Below are positions 40,708 through 50,900 of a stretch of DNA of 64,000 nt, one piece after another. A model generated the notes under the pieces. That model ran no database searches. It saw only the letters and a list, made by a program, of their open reading frames with translations, and was not told the origin of the DNA. Position numbers and translations under genes: made by a program. Position 1 is the stretch's first letter, and every line of letters begins with the position of its first letter. This DNA is from Thermoanaerobaculia bacterium (GTDB lineage: Bacteria; Acidobacteriota; Thermoanaerobaculia; UBA5066). Location of the stretch: positions 416,001-480,000 of the forward strand of contig CAVRAY010000001.1 of assembly GCA_963719225.1 (NCBI GenBank). Direction: 5' to 3'.

Positions 40708-42231
40708 ATGACTTCCATAGGCGGTCGCCGCCGCATGTCTCTTCGCCTCGCCATCCTCGCGCTTTCTCTGGGGCGGGTCCCGGCGGCCCGCGCGGCGGAG
40801 TTCTTCGTCTCGCCGACGGGGACTCCGGGCGAGAGCCCGGAAGCGGGTACGCGGGCGCACCCGTGGGATCTCGCGACCGCGCTCGCGCACCCTTCCGCCG
40901 TGAAGGGAGGCGACACGATCTGGCTTCGCGGCGGAACCTACGTGGGCCGGTTCGAAAGCGCGCTCGCCGGATCCGTCGACGCTCCGATCGTGGTCCGGCA
41001 GGCACCGGGTGAGCGCGCGCGCATCGACGGCGGCCCGGGCCCGCTCGAGGCGACTCTCACGATCGGCGGCCAGTACACGTGGTACTGGGGCTTCGAGGTC
41101 TTTTCCTCCGGAGGGCGGCGGACCTCATCCGAGGACGGCTCCGCCCCCGGAGATCTGAACCGCGGCTCCTGCATCGGCGGAGCGCAGGATCGACCCCACC
41201 CCGGCATCCGGCTCGTCAATCTCGTCCTCCACGACGGGACGGACGCGATCGGCTTTTTCGAAGCCGAGGAGGATGCGGAGATTCACGGGAACCTCATCTA
41301 CAACAACGGCTGGGACGGCGCCACGGACCGCGGGCACGGAAACGGGATGTACATCCAGAACCGTACCGGGAAAAAGAGGATCACCGACAACATCGTCTTC
41401 GGCCAGTATGAGCAGGGGCTGCAGATCTACGGCTCGGACGCGGCGTATCTGGACAACATCGAGGTCATCGGCAACTCCATCTTCGAGAACGGCGCTCCTT
41501 CGGCATACGGGCGGTCGCGCAACCTCCTCTTCGGAGGCGGCCGGATCGCACACGACGGGCGAATCGAATCGAACGTGACGTATCACGCCGACTCGCCCGA
41601 GGGCTCCGTGACGACCGGCGTGAGCCTCGGGTACGACGCCGGGATCTCGCGCTTCACGATCCTGAACAACTGGTTCACCGCCGGGGGCGGGCTCTTCTCG
41701 TGCGATTTCAGCGGGGCGATCGACCAGCTCACGATGACGGGAAACGACTTCGTCCGCGGCGTCGACGGGATCGACCTTTCTGCCTATCCGAACAACGTCT
41801 ACCACGGCGACGTCAAACCGACGGGATCGAACGTCTTCGTGCGTGAGAACGCCTACGAACCGGGTCGCGCGAACATCACGGTCCTGAACTGGGACCGGCT
41901 CCCGTTCGTCGACGTGGACGTTTCCGGCGTCCTCGCTCCCGGGTCGGCGTTCGAGATCCGGAACGCCCAGGATTTCTTTTCGCCGCCCGTCGTGGCCGGC
42001 GTCTTCAGCGGAGGGATCATTCGGGTTCCGTTGTCGGGACTGACGGCCGCGAGCCCGACCGGCGCGTCGCGTGCCGCCGTGCCGACCGGTCCCGAGTTCA
42101 ACGTGTTCATCCTCTTGCCGTACCGCCTCCCGTGCACGTTCGACGACGGCGCCTTGCGCGCCGGCACGCCGCCGCGCTGCGGCGCGACGGCCACGGGAGG
42201 GACGGTTGTCACTCACCGCCCCGCGCGCTGA
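40708..42231 (+). CDS. Secreted beta-helix protein (paralog 3)
   Basis: Signal peptide and the same core (GDTIWLRGGTY, NNGWDGATDRGHGNG, EIRNAQDFF, GPEFNVF); short tail. Start may be 40735. Confidence 0.8.
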   Translation: MTSIGGRRRMSLRLAILALSLGRVPAARAAEFFVSPTGTPGESPEAGTRAHPWDLATALAHPSAVKGGDTIWLRGGTYVGRFESALAGSVDAPIVVRQAPGERARIDGGPGPLEATLTIGGQYTWYWGFEVFSSGGRRTSSEDGSAPGDLNRGSCIGGAQDRPHPGIRLVNLVLHDGTDAIGFFEAEEDAEIHGNLIYNNGWDGATDRGHGNGMYIQNRTGKKRITDNIVFGQYEQGLQIYGSDAAYLDNIEVIGNSIFENGAPSAYGRSRNLLFGGGRIAHDGRIESNVTYHADSPEGSVTTGVSLGYDAGISRFTILNNWFTAGGGLFSCDFSGAIDQLTMTGNDFVRGVDGIDLSAYPNNVYHGDVKPTGSNVFVRENAYEPGRANITVLNWDRLPFVDVDVSGVLAPGSAFEIRNAQDFFSPPVVAGVFSGGIIRVPLSGLTAASPTGASRAAVPTGPEFNVFILLPYRLPCTFDDGALRAGTPPRCGATATGGTVVTHRPAR

Positions 42232-42253
42232 CGCCTGGTTCCCCTGCGTCCCC

Positions 42254-43729
42254 ATGCGGTGGGCCTTCGCCGCCGCCCTCGTCGCGGCGGCTCCCCTCCT
42301 CGCCGCCGAGTTCCACGTTTCGCCCTCCGGGACTCCTGCGGGCGACGGCTCGGCGCGGCGACCGTGGAACCTCGCGACGGCTTTCGCGTCCCCGCCGACC
42401 GTCCGGCCGGGCGACGTGATCTGGCTGCACGGAGGCACTTATCGCGGGCGGTTTCAGAGCGTTCTTCGGGGGACCGCGCAGGCTCCGATCGTCGTGCGGG
42501 GCTTTCCCGGAGAGCGGGCGACGCTCGACGGCGGCTCGGGCCCGATGGCCACGATTCTCTATGTCGGCGGCGGCTTCACCTGGTACCAGGGCTTCGAGAT
42601 CACGGACTCGGACCCGAAGCGCGCGTCCACGGAAAGCGGGTCGGAGCCGGCGGACGTCCGCCGGTCGAGCTGCATCGGCGTCACGCAGGACGGGCCTCAC
42701 GAGGGAATCCGCCTCATCAACCTCCTGCTGCACGACGGGGCGAACGGAATCGGCGCATTCAAGGACGCGCGCAATCTCGAGATCTACGGAAACCTCGTCT
42801 ACAACAACGGCTGGGACGGGCCGGACCGCGGTCACGGACACGGGATCTACGCGCAGAACGAGACGGGGACGATGCGGATCGAGGACAACGTCGTCTTCGA
42901 CCAGTTCGGGGCGGGCATCCACGTCTACGGATCGGAGGCCGCGACCCTCGACAACTTCTGGATCGTGGGGAACGTGGTTTTCGGCAACGGCGTTCCGAGC
43001 CGCCACGGCTTCTCACGGAACCTGCTCCTGGGCGGTGGCCGCGTCGCGAGGAATGCACGCGTCGAATCAAACATCTTCTACCTCCCGCCGTCCGGCGGCC
43101 GCGAGACGGGCGGCGGGGCGAACCTCGGCTACCACGCCGGTCTCGAAGGAGCTGTCGTGCGCGACAACTGGTTCGCGAACGGCGACGGCGGGATCTCCCT
43201 TTACCTCGTCCGCGCTCACGGCGTCGAGATGACCGGGAACCGGTTCGTGCAACCGGTCTCGGGCTTCGCCGAAACCGCTTTTCCCAGGAATCGGTATTAC
43301 CGCGAGAAAGAGAGGCCGACGGGGACGTACCTCGTCGTTCGTCCGAACCGGTACGAGAAAGGGCGCGGGCACGTCGTCGTCCTCAACTGGGACCACAAGC
43401 CGTCGGTCGATGCGAAGCTCGGATCGCTCCTTCTGCCGGGAACTCCTTTCGAGGTCCGGAACGCGCAGGATTTTTTCGGAAAGCCGGTCGCGTCGGGAGT
43501 CTTCGACGGCTCTCCGGTCCGTCTTCCGATGACAGGGCTGGCCGCCGTTCCTCCGATCGGATCGACGAGAGCCGTCGCCTCGACGGGCCCGGAGTTCGCC
43601 GTGTTCGTCGTGCTGCCGAGAGTGGAGGCAAAAGAGGAGTCCAAAGCGAAGGCCCCGCCTCCCTCTCACCCGATCACGCCGCGCCCTCCGGCCAGTCGCA
43701 CGTCACGACGCGCGACGGCCGCGCCGTGA
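42254..43729 (+). CDS. Secreted beta-helix protein (paralog 4)
   Basis: MRWAFAAALVAAAPLLAA-EFHVSPSG and the same core motifs (DRGHGHGIY, EVRNAQDFFG, GPEFAVF). Confidence 0.8.
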   Translation: MRWAFAAALVAAAPLLAAEFHVSPSGTPAGDGSARRPWNLATAFASPPTVRPGDVIWLHGGTYRGRFQSVLRGTAQAPIVVRGFPGERATLDGGSGPMATILYVGGGFTWYQGFEITDSDPKRASTESGSEPADVRRSSCIGVTQDGPHEGIRLINLLLHDGANGIGAFKDARNLEIYGNLVYNNGWDGPDRGHGHGIYAQNETGTMRIEDNVVFDQFGAGIHVYGSEAATLDNFWIVGNVVFGNGVPSRHGFSRNLLLGGGRVARNARVESNIFYLPPSGGRETGGGANLGYHAGLEGAVVRDNWFANGDGGISLYLVRAHGVEMTGNRFVQPVSGFAETAFPRNRYYREKERPTGTYLVVRPNRYEKGRGHVVVLNWDHKPSVDAKLGSLLLPGTPFEVRNAQDFFGKPVASGVFDGSPVRLPMTGLAAVPPIGSTRAVASTGPEFAVFVVLPRVEAKEESKAKAPPPSHPITPRPPASRTSRRATAAP

Positions 43730-44410
43730 CGACCGCGCCCGCGTAGCCGGCTGCCGGCGCGAGATCGCGCAGGTACCAGTGCGCCCCCTCGGTCGATCCC
43801 TCGACCTCCTCTCGCGGGTCGCCGGACTCGGTGGTCGTCGAGAAGGCTTCGAGAGGCGCGGAAAGGCCCGCGCCGTGAGCTTTCAGGAAGGCCTCCTTGC
43901 GCGTCCAGATCCGGAAGAAGGTCTCGACTCGAACGGCGGCCTTCGCCGCGTGAACTGCCGCGATTTCGGAAGGCGCGAAGAAGCGCCGGGCGAGCTCCGC
44001 GATCTCGACGCCATCCCGGACCAGCTCCACGTCGACGCCGACCGGACAGACGGCAAACGCGAGGAGGATGACGCCTCCGGAGTGGGCCACGTTGAAGTCG
44101 AGCGCGGGATCGGCAGACCCGCGCGCGAGAGCCGGCTTCCCGTGCGGCCCCGTCGTGAAACGCAGGGCCGCGGGCGTCGAGCCGACGTACCGCGCGAGGA
44201 GCTTCCGGAGAGCCGTGCGCGAGACGAGAGAACGGGTCCGATCCTCCGGGCGATGAAAACGCCCCGCGCGGGCGCGCTCCTCCCCCGAGAGGACGCCGGC
44301 GTCCGCCGGGCCGCCCTCGGGGCCCAGGAGCACCCGAAAGACGCGAACCTCTCCGGGAACGAGCTGTGGCGTCAGGCGGCGTCTCTCGAGGGAAGCGATC
44401 CACGTGTCAT
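43674..44410 (-). CDS. Sfp-type 4'-phosphopantetheinyl transferase (start uncertain: ATG 44410 with a one-base frameshift near 44375, or a CTG start)
   Basis: LSGEERARA.RF, GKP, FNVAHS, VGVDVE, FFRIWTRKEAFLKA.GAGL. Confidence 0.85.
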
Positions 44411-45390
44411 CGGGGCGCGCGACCCAGGACTTTCCCGAGGAGCGCCGCGGGCCGCGCGACACGCTCGACCCCCCCACGCAGGAGGTCGTTCTTGCTCTGC
44501 GGGTGCCGGCGGGCGCGGGAGGAGACGAAGGCGCGCTTGAGGCCGTCCCTCCAGGCCGAACGTCCCGGAGGCGTTGGCGAAAAGCCGAGGGACCTCAGGT
44601 AGTGATTCACCTGATAGACGGGCGCCTCGCGGTCCCAGACGCGGAGGCACGAGAGGATGCTGAAGGAGACCGAGTACTCGTCGCCGTTTCGCACCCAGTG
44701 CGGCGCACGCGGCGGCTGGTGAACGCCGAGGCCGGGTCGCAGGTGGTAGACGTCGGCACGCGGCTGAGCCTCATCGCGATACCGTGCCGAGCTGAGGTCG
44801 CCGAGGTAATACTGCTCGATCTCCTCGTCGGTGAGCTCGGCGCGATCGAAGATGTTGTACGTCTTCTCGCCGTGGATCTGCATGAGGAACGTGGATTCGT
44901 GGTCGAAATGGTACGGCGTGATCGAGTGTGGAGACGCGATGAAGATATACGCGTCCGGCCAGGACACGTCGCGTTCGACGTCGAGGCCCGCGAGCTCTCC
45001 GAGGTCGCGATAGCCCTGGTCCATCAGCTCCTTGTACTCGGGATCGAGGAAGACGTTCTTCAGCATGAGCCAGGCGCCGGACTCGGGGAGCTCCCGGATC
45101 GCCTTGACGAGCGACATGGGCTTGCCGGGCATGTCCGTCCAGCCGCCTCCGACGGAGGTTTGCCCGGACTTCATCGTCACGAGGCCCTTGCCTGTTCCCC
45201 AGAGCTTCATCGCGAGCTCGGCGATGCGGGGGAGCTCGAACAGGGGATGCTCCCCGAGCGTGTGCCGGTACTCGAACGACTTCCTGTTGAACCGCTCGCG
45301 GAAGAGACCGGGCTCGCCTTCGAAGACCCGCGACGGACCGGCCGGCGCGGAGGAAGAAGAGGCAGGCGGAACGGGTTCGGCAGCGGACAT
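44407..45390 (-). CDS. JmjC/cupin-like Fe(II)/2-oxoglutarate-type oxygenase
   Basis: TPYHFDHE..FLMQIHGEK and PHWVRNG give an HxD...H triad. GGAGG RBS; directly follows the terminal NRPS gene. Confidence 0.75.
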   Translation of the reverse strand: MSAAEPVPPASSSSAPAGPSRVFEGEPGLFRERFNRKSFEYRHTLGEHPLFELPRIAELAMKLWGTGKGLVTMKSGQTSVGGGWTDMPGKPMSLVKAIRELPESGAWLMLKNVFLDPEYKELMDQGYRDLGELAGLDVERDVSWPDAYIFIASPHSITPYHFDHESTFLMQIHGEKTYNIFDRAELTDEEIEQYYLGDLSSARYRDEAQPRADVYHLRPGLGVHQPPRAPHWVRNGDEYSVSFSILSCLRVWDREAPVYQVNHYLRSLGFSPTPPGRSAWRDGLKRAFVSSRARRHPQSKNDLLRGGVERVARPAALLGKVLGRAPR

Positions 45391-45391
45391 G

Positions 45392-47920
45392 TCACCTCCC
45401 GCCCGGCGGGACGGCCCGGCCGGCTTTTCGATGCGCGGCTTCGAGGCAGCGCGCGAGCTGCTGCGCGAGGGCGCTCACACGCGGCTCGTAGACGATGGCG
45501 CCGTGGTGCCCCGGGACCTCGTAGACCTCGAGCCCGCCCTCGGCGATCCGCGTCCAGCCGAGCTCCGGGTCCGGCTGGATGTGCGCCCCCTGCTTGGAAG
45601 CGCGGAAGAGCGTGATCCGCGACGGATACGGCCGGGGCACGTAGCGCTTCGTCGCCTCCCGGGTCTCGCCCTCGATCTTCCTGAGGACCTTCGGGAGCGG
45701 CTGCGCCACATGCTCCGTGAACTCCCGGAGTCGGCCGAGGCGCTTCTTCGTGTTCTTGATCGCGTTGTTCTTGACGCGGATCGACTTCGTGACGATGTAG
45801 CGGAGCTTCTCGCGGGGTCCGTCCGCGACGAGAAAGTTGCCGACGTGGAGATCGACGCGCTCGACGAGCTTCTTGACCTTGAGGCGCGTCCCGGTCATGC
45901 CCGGAACGTAGACCGGGTAGTCGGGCCCCCACGTGTCGAAGAGCGCGAGGACGCCGACCGTCTGGTTCTGTTCGACGAGCTGCCGGGCCATCTCGAACGC
46001 GATCATGCCGCCGAAGGACGTCCCGCCGAGGTAATAGGGGCCCTCGGGCTGGAACTCGCAGATCTCCTCGATGTAGTCGCGCGCCATCTCCTCGAGCGTC
46101 TCGTGGGGCGCCTGCTTGCCGTCGAGCCCTCGCGCCTGCAGTCCGTAAACGGGCTGGTCGTTTCCGAGATGGCGTGCGAGATCGAGGTACGTGAGGACGT
46201 TGCCGCCGGCGGCATGCACGCAGTAGAAGGGCGGTCTCGTCCCGTCCGGCTGGATCGGCACGAGCGACGACCACGACGCCGACCACGTCTTGTCGCGCAG
46301 CAGGGCCGCGAGCTCGGCGATCGTCGGCGCCTGGACGAGAGTCGCGAGCGGAAGCTCCTTGCCGAACTGCTTGCCGACCTCCGTCATGATCCCGACGGCC
46401 ATGAGCGAGTGGCCGCCGAGCTCGAAGTAATTGTCGCGGATGCCGATGGGCGACGTGCCGAAGACCTTCTCCCAGATCGCGACGAGCTTCCGCTCGGCGT
46501 CGTCCGTCGGCGCGACGAGCGCGGGGAGGACCGCGGGGATCGGCCGCTCTCCCGAAACCGGCGCCTTCCGTGCGGACGTCTCGATCTTCACGTCCGCGAG
46601 CAGGGCGTCGGGCGTCGTCGCGATCGCGCGAAGGAGCGTCTCGTAGTCCTTCAGGAAACGCGACATCGTCGAGGAGTCGAAGAGATCCGCGTTGTACTCG
46701 AGCTGCAGGCGCTGGCCTTCCGCGCGCTCGACGACGGACTGCATGAGCTCGAAGGCCGAGCCCGGGCTGACGGAGCGGCGCGGCGTCAGCGTGAGGCCTC
46801 CCGGCAGGGCGACGGGCTGCATGAAGGCGCTCTGATAGATGAACATCACGCGCGGCGCATAGGGCACCTTCCTGAGCGTCGTCTCCTGCCACTCGATGAG
46901 CTTCTCGAACGGAAGCTCGGCGAAGCTGAACGCGGCGAGCGCGAGCTCGCGCACCCTCACGACGAGGCCGCGGAGGGTCGGCGATCCGGTCAGGTCGGCG
47001 CGCAGGAGGAGCGGGTTTGCGAACGGACCGATCAACCCCTCCGTCTCGACGTGCTGGCGGTTCGCGGCAGGCGAGCTCACGAGGACGTCGTCCTGTCCGG
47101 ACCAGCGCGAAAGCAACGCGACGAAGGCCGCGAAAAAGAGCATGAACGGCGTCGCGTCCACCTGACGCCCGAAGGCCTTGAGGGCGTCGGAGAGCGGCTT
47201 GTCGAGGAGGAGCGATTCGATGACGCCCGCGGAGGCGATCCCGGGACGCCGCGGCCGGTCGGTCGGAAGCTCGAGCGGCGGAAGGGTGCCGGCGAGCTTT
47301 TCGCGCCAGTAATCGAAGGCCTCCTCGAACTTCTCTCCGCTCAGCCATTCCTGCTGCCAGCTCGCGAAGTCCGCGAACTGGATCGTGAGCTCTTTCAGCC
47401 TGGACGCGTCGCCTTCGACCGCCGCGCGATAGAGCTCCCCGAGCTCGCGGACGAGGATGCCGTTCGACCAGCCGTCGCACACGATGTGGTGCATCGTGAC
47501 GAGGAGGACGTGGTCGATCGCGGCGCGCGTGACGAGCGTCGCCCTCAGGAGAGGCCCGCACGCGAGAGTGAACGGCCGGCGCGCCTCCTCGAGGACGAGC
47601 TCCTCGGTGCCCAGGTCGCGCTCGGCGGCGGGCAGGGAGCTCACGTCGACGACGCGGAGACTCACCGTCGCCTGCGGTTTGACGATCTGCATGACGTCGG
47701 GGCCCACCCGGTCGAAGCTCGCGCGAAGGATCTCGTGGCGGGCCGCGAGGTCGGAGAGCGCACGTTCGAGGGCGGGGACCTCGAGCGGCCCCTCGAGGCG
47801 AAACGCGAGCGGCATGTTGAGAGCGGGATTCCCGGGGACGAGCTGGTCGAGCTGCCAGTAGCGCTTCTGCGCGAGAGAGGTCGGCAGCAGGAAGACGTCG
47901 TCGTTGAGGAGCGCGCTCAT
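45392..47920 (-). CDS. NRPS termination protein C-T-TE (no adenylation domain)
   Basis: C domain with HHIVCDGWS; carrier DNYFELGGHSL; TE with HAAGG and GTSFGG. True start is ATG 47920, not 50269. Confidence 0.9.
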   Translation of the reverse strand: MSALLNDDVFLLPTSLAQKRYWQLDQLVPGNPALNMPLAFRLEGPLEVPALERALSDLAARHEILRASFDRVGPDVMQIVKPQATVSLRVVDVSSLPAAERDLGTEELVLEEARRPFTLACGPLLRATLVTRAAIDHVLLVTMHHIVCDGWSNGILVRELGELYRAAVEGDASRLKELTIQFADFASWQQEWLSGEKFEEAFDYWREKLAGTLPPLELPTDRPRRPGIASAGVIESLLLDKPLSDALKAFGRQVDATPFMLFFAAFVALLSRWSGQDDVLVSSPAANRQHVETEGLIGPFANPLLLRADLTGSPTLRGLVVRVRELALAAFSFAELPFEKLIEWQETTLRKVPYAPRVMFIYQSAFMQPVALPGGLTLTPRRSVSPGSAFELMQSVVERAEGQRLQLEYNADLFDSSTMSRFLKDYETLLRAIATTPDALLADVKIETSARKAPVSGERPIPAVLPALVAPTDDAERKLVAIWEKVFGTSPIGIRDNYFELGGHSLMAVGIMTEVGKQFGKELPLATLVQAPTIAELAALLRDKTWSASWSSLVPIQPDGTRPPFYCVHAAGGNVLTYLDLARHLGNDQPVYGLQARGLDGKQAPHETLEEMARDYIEEICEFQPEGPYYLGGTSFGGMIAFEMARQLVEQNQTVGVLALFDTWGPDYPVYVPGMTGTRLKVKKLVERVDLHVGNFLVADGPREKLRYIVTKSIRVKNNAIKNTKKRLGRLREFTEHVAQPLPKVLRKIEGETREATKRYVPRPYPSRITLFRASKQGAHIQPDPELGWTRIAEGGLEVYEVPGHHGAIVYEPRVSALAQQLARCLEAAHRKAGRAVPPGGR

Positions 47921-47934
47921 GGCGATCGTCGAGA

Positions 47935-50900
47935 TTATGTCCCGGCGCGCGCCGGCGGAGTGCCGGCGTCCGCTGGCCGCCTCGTGATCTGCCGTGGAAT
48001 CGCCTTGAGAGTCGGGCCATGAGCCGCGTGCTTCGCCGGCGAACCCGCGGCCTTCGCGAGAGCCGCCACGGTGCGAAGCTGGAACACCTGGCGCGGGGAG
48101 ACCTGCACGCCCGCCTGATGCGCGCGCGTCGTGATTTGAAAGACGAGGAGGGAGTCGGCCCCGAGGTCGAACACGCTGTCCTCGACGCTGACCTTCTCGA
48201 GGCGCAGGACTTCGCCGAAGATGCCCGCGAGCGTCCGCTCGGCGTCGGTCCGGGGAGCGACGAACCGGCCGGTGCCGGACGCCTCGGGATCGGGAGCGGG
48301 CAGGGCGCGGCGATCGAGCTTGCCGTTGGGCGTGCGGGGGAGCGCGGGGAGCGCCACGAAGGCGACGGGGACCATGTAGTCCGGCACGAGGTCTTCGAGA
48401 TGAGCCCGCAGCTTCGGTGTGAGGTCGCGCAGCGCGAAACCGCGGTTCGGAGCGTTCGCGTGCGGCGGGGCGGCGCCCGCTCCGGGAGAAGGCGCCGCGG
48501 GCAACGGGCTCCGCCGGTCGTGTCCGGAGGCAAGCGCGAAAACGTCGAAACGGGATCCGTCTCCCGAGGACGGCCAGAGCGCCTCGACGTCGCGGGACGA
48601 GTCCGCGAGCGCGAAAACGGCTTCGGGATCCACGCCGGGATCGCCCGCTGCGAGCGCATCCTTCAGGGCGGATGCCGTCGCCTCCGCCGGAGCGGCCTCG
48701 AGCAGCCGTGCGAATCGGACGGGGCCGGCGACGCGCGCGTTCGGAACTCCCGTCACGAGGACGGGGCCCCTCGAGACGTCGAGGACGGCCGCGAGAGCCT
48801 CGAGCGTACGCACCTCGGAGTCCCAGTGAAGCGTTCGCGGAGGCGCCGCGGCCGTGGGAACGGGTCCGGCGTGCAGGGTCACGTCGTAGTGAAACTGCGT
48901 CGTCTCGTTCCAGAGGCGGCCGCGCCTCACGCGGAACGTCGCACGAGAGAGCCGCGGGTCTTTCCCGACGAGTGCCAGGAAGAACGCGGGGTCGACGACC
49001 AGCTCGTTCTCCAGCGAGATGCGCTCCCGCACGCGCCTCTTCAGCTCGTGGGCGCTCGCCCCCTCCTCGGTGCGCGCGAGCTGCGCGGACGCGTGGAACG
49101 TCTCGAGGAGGGCGAAGCTCTGGACGTCGCCCACGAAGACGACGCCGCCGTCGGCGACCGCCCGCGCGGCGCCGTCGAGGACGCGGGCGAGATAGTCCGC
49201 GTCCGGAAAGTACTGCGCGACGGAGTTGATGACGACGGTGTCGAAGGTCCCGGCCGGGACGCCGTCGAGGTCGTCGGCGGCCCGGCAGAGGAGTCGCACG
49301 CGGCTCCTCGTCGACGCGTCCTCCGACTCGAGCCGGGCCTCGAGCGCCGCGATCGCGGTCTCGGAGAAGTCGAGGCCCCAGTACGCGTCGCAGGCGGGCG
49401 CGAGGCGCGTGAGGATCTGGCCCGTGCCGCAGCCGATCTCGAGGACGCGTTTCGGCGCGAGCTCGCGGATCCTCGTGACGCTCGCGTCGATCCACTCTTC
49501 GACTTCTTCCTTCGCGGTCGAACCCGTCCAACCGGTGATGACGGCGTCGATCGCGTCGAGGGACGTCTTCTTCGTTCCGTCTCCCTCGATCGCGGTCTTG
49601 AAGAGCACCTCCCACTGGGCGTGCCACTGCGCGGTCGCGGCGGAGGATCCGTCGCCGGCGGTCTCGCCGGCCTTCGACACGATGTAGGAGACGAGGCGCT
49701 TCTGCCCCGGCACGTCCTCCCTCACGACCGTGGCGCTCTCGCCGACGTCCGGGTGCCGGGCGAGAGCGGCATCGATCTCGCCGAGCTCGATCCGGAAGCC
49801 GCGCACCTTCACCTGATGATCGGTGCGGCCGAGGAACTCGAGCGTGTCGTCCGCGCGCATGCGCACGAGATCTCCCGTCCGGTAGAGGCGCGCTCGCGGC
49901 ACGCTGGAAAACGGATCCGGCACGAAGCGCTCGCGGGTCAGGTCCTCTCGCTCCCAGTAGCCGTCGGCGACGCCGGCGCCGCCGATGACGAGCTCGCCGG
50001 GAACGCCGACCGGAACAGGGTGCAGCCGCGCGTCGACGACGTAGAACTGTGTGTTCGCGATCGGACGGCCCAGCGGGATCGCGCCGGGACCTGGAGCGAC
50101 CCGGGCGACGCTCGACCAGATCGTCGTCTCGGTCGGGCCGTACATGTTCCAGAGCTCCGGTTCGCGCGCGAGGAGGTCGTTCGCGAGGTCCCGGGGCAGC
50201 GCCTCTCCTCCGCAGAGCATCTTGAGGGGCTTCCCTCCGGACCAGCCCGCCATGAGGAGGAGCCTCCACGTCGCGGGCGTCGCCTGCAGCACCGTCGCGT
50301 CCTTTCGCCCCAGGAGCGCGAGAAGGCGCGTGCCGTCCGAGGCATCCTCGCGCGTCGCGAGGATCACGCGCCCGCCGACGATGAGCGGCAGATAGAGCTC
50401 GAGGCCCGCGATGTCGAACGAGAGGGTCGTGACGGCCACGATCCCGTCCCGGGCCGTAAAGCCGGGCTCCTTCGCCATCGTCCTCAGGAAGTTCGCGACG
50501 GCGCCGTGGGGGACGGCGACGCCCTTGGGGCGCCCCGTCGAGCCCGACGTGAACATCACGTAGGCGAGGTCGGAGGGCGCGACGTCGGCGGGCCCCGCTT
50601 CAGAGGCCGCGTCGATGAGCGCCGCGTCGGTGTCGAGGCGGACGACGGCCGCGCCGTGCCGGGGCAGGTCCTCTTCGAGTGAGCTCTGGGTGACGAGCAG
50701 CTTCGGGTGCGCATCCTCGAGGATGAGCGCGAGACGTTCCTTCGGGAACGCCGGGTCCAGCGGGACGTAGGCCGCGCCCGTCCTGAGGATCCCGAGGAGC
50801 GCCACGACCATGTCGGCCGACCGCTCGACCGAGAGACCCACGAGAGAGCCGGGCCCGGCTCCCCGCGTCGCGAGGAATCCCGCGAGCCGCGCGGCTCGGG

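Noticed and set aside
5268-50269. Apparent giant fusions in the ORF track (5268..8321, 8365..10266, 11756..15730, 16660..19902, 36372..40673, 45392..50269)
   Set aside because: Their N-terminal parts are off-frame readings of upstream genes. Real starts are at overlapping or adjacent ATG/GTG/TTG codons.
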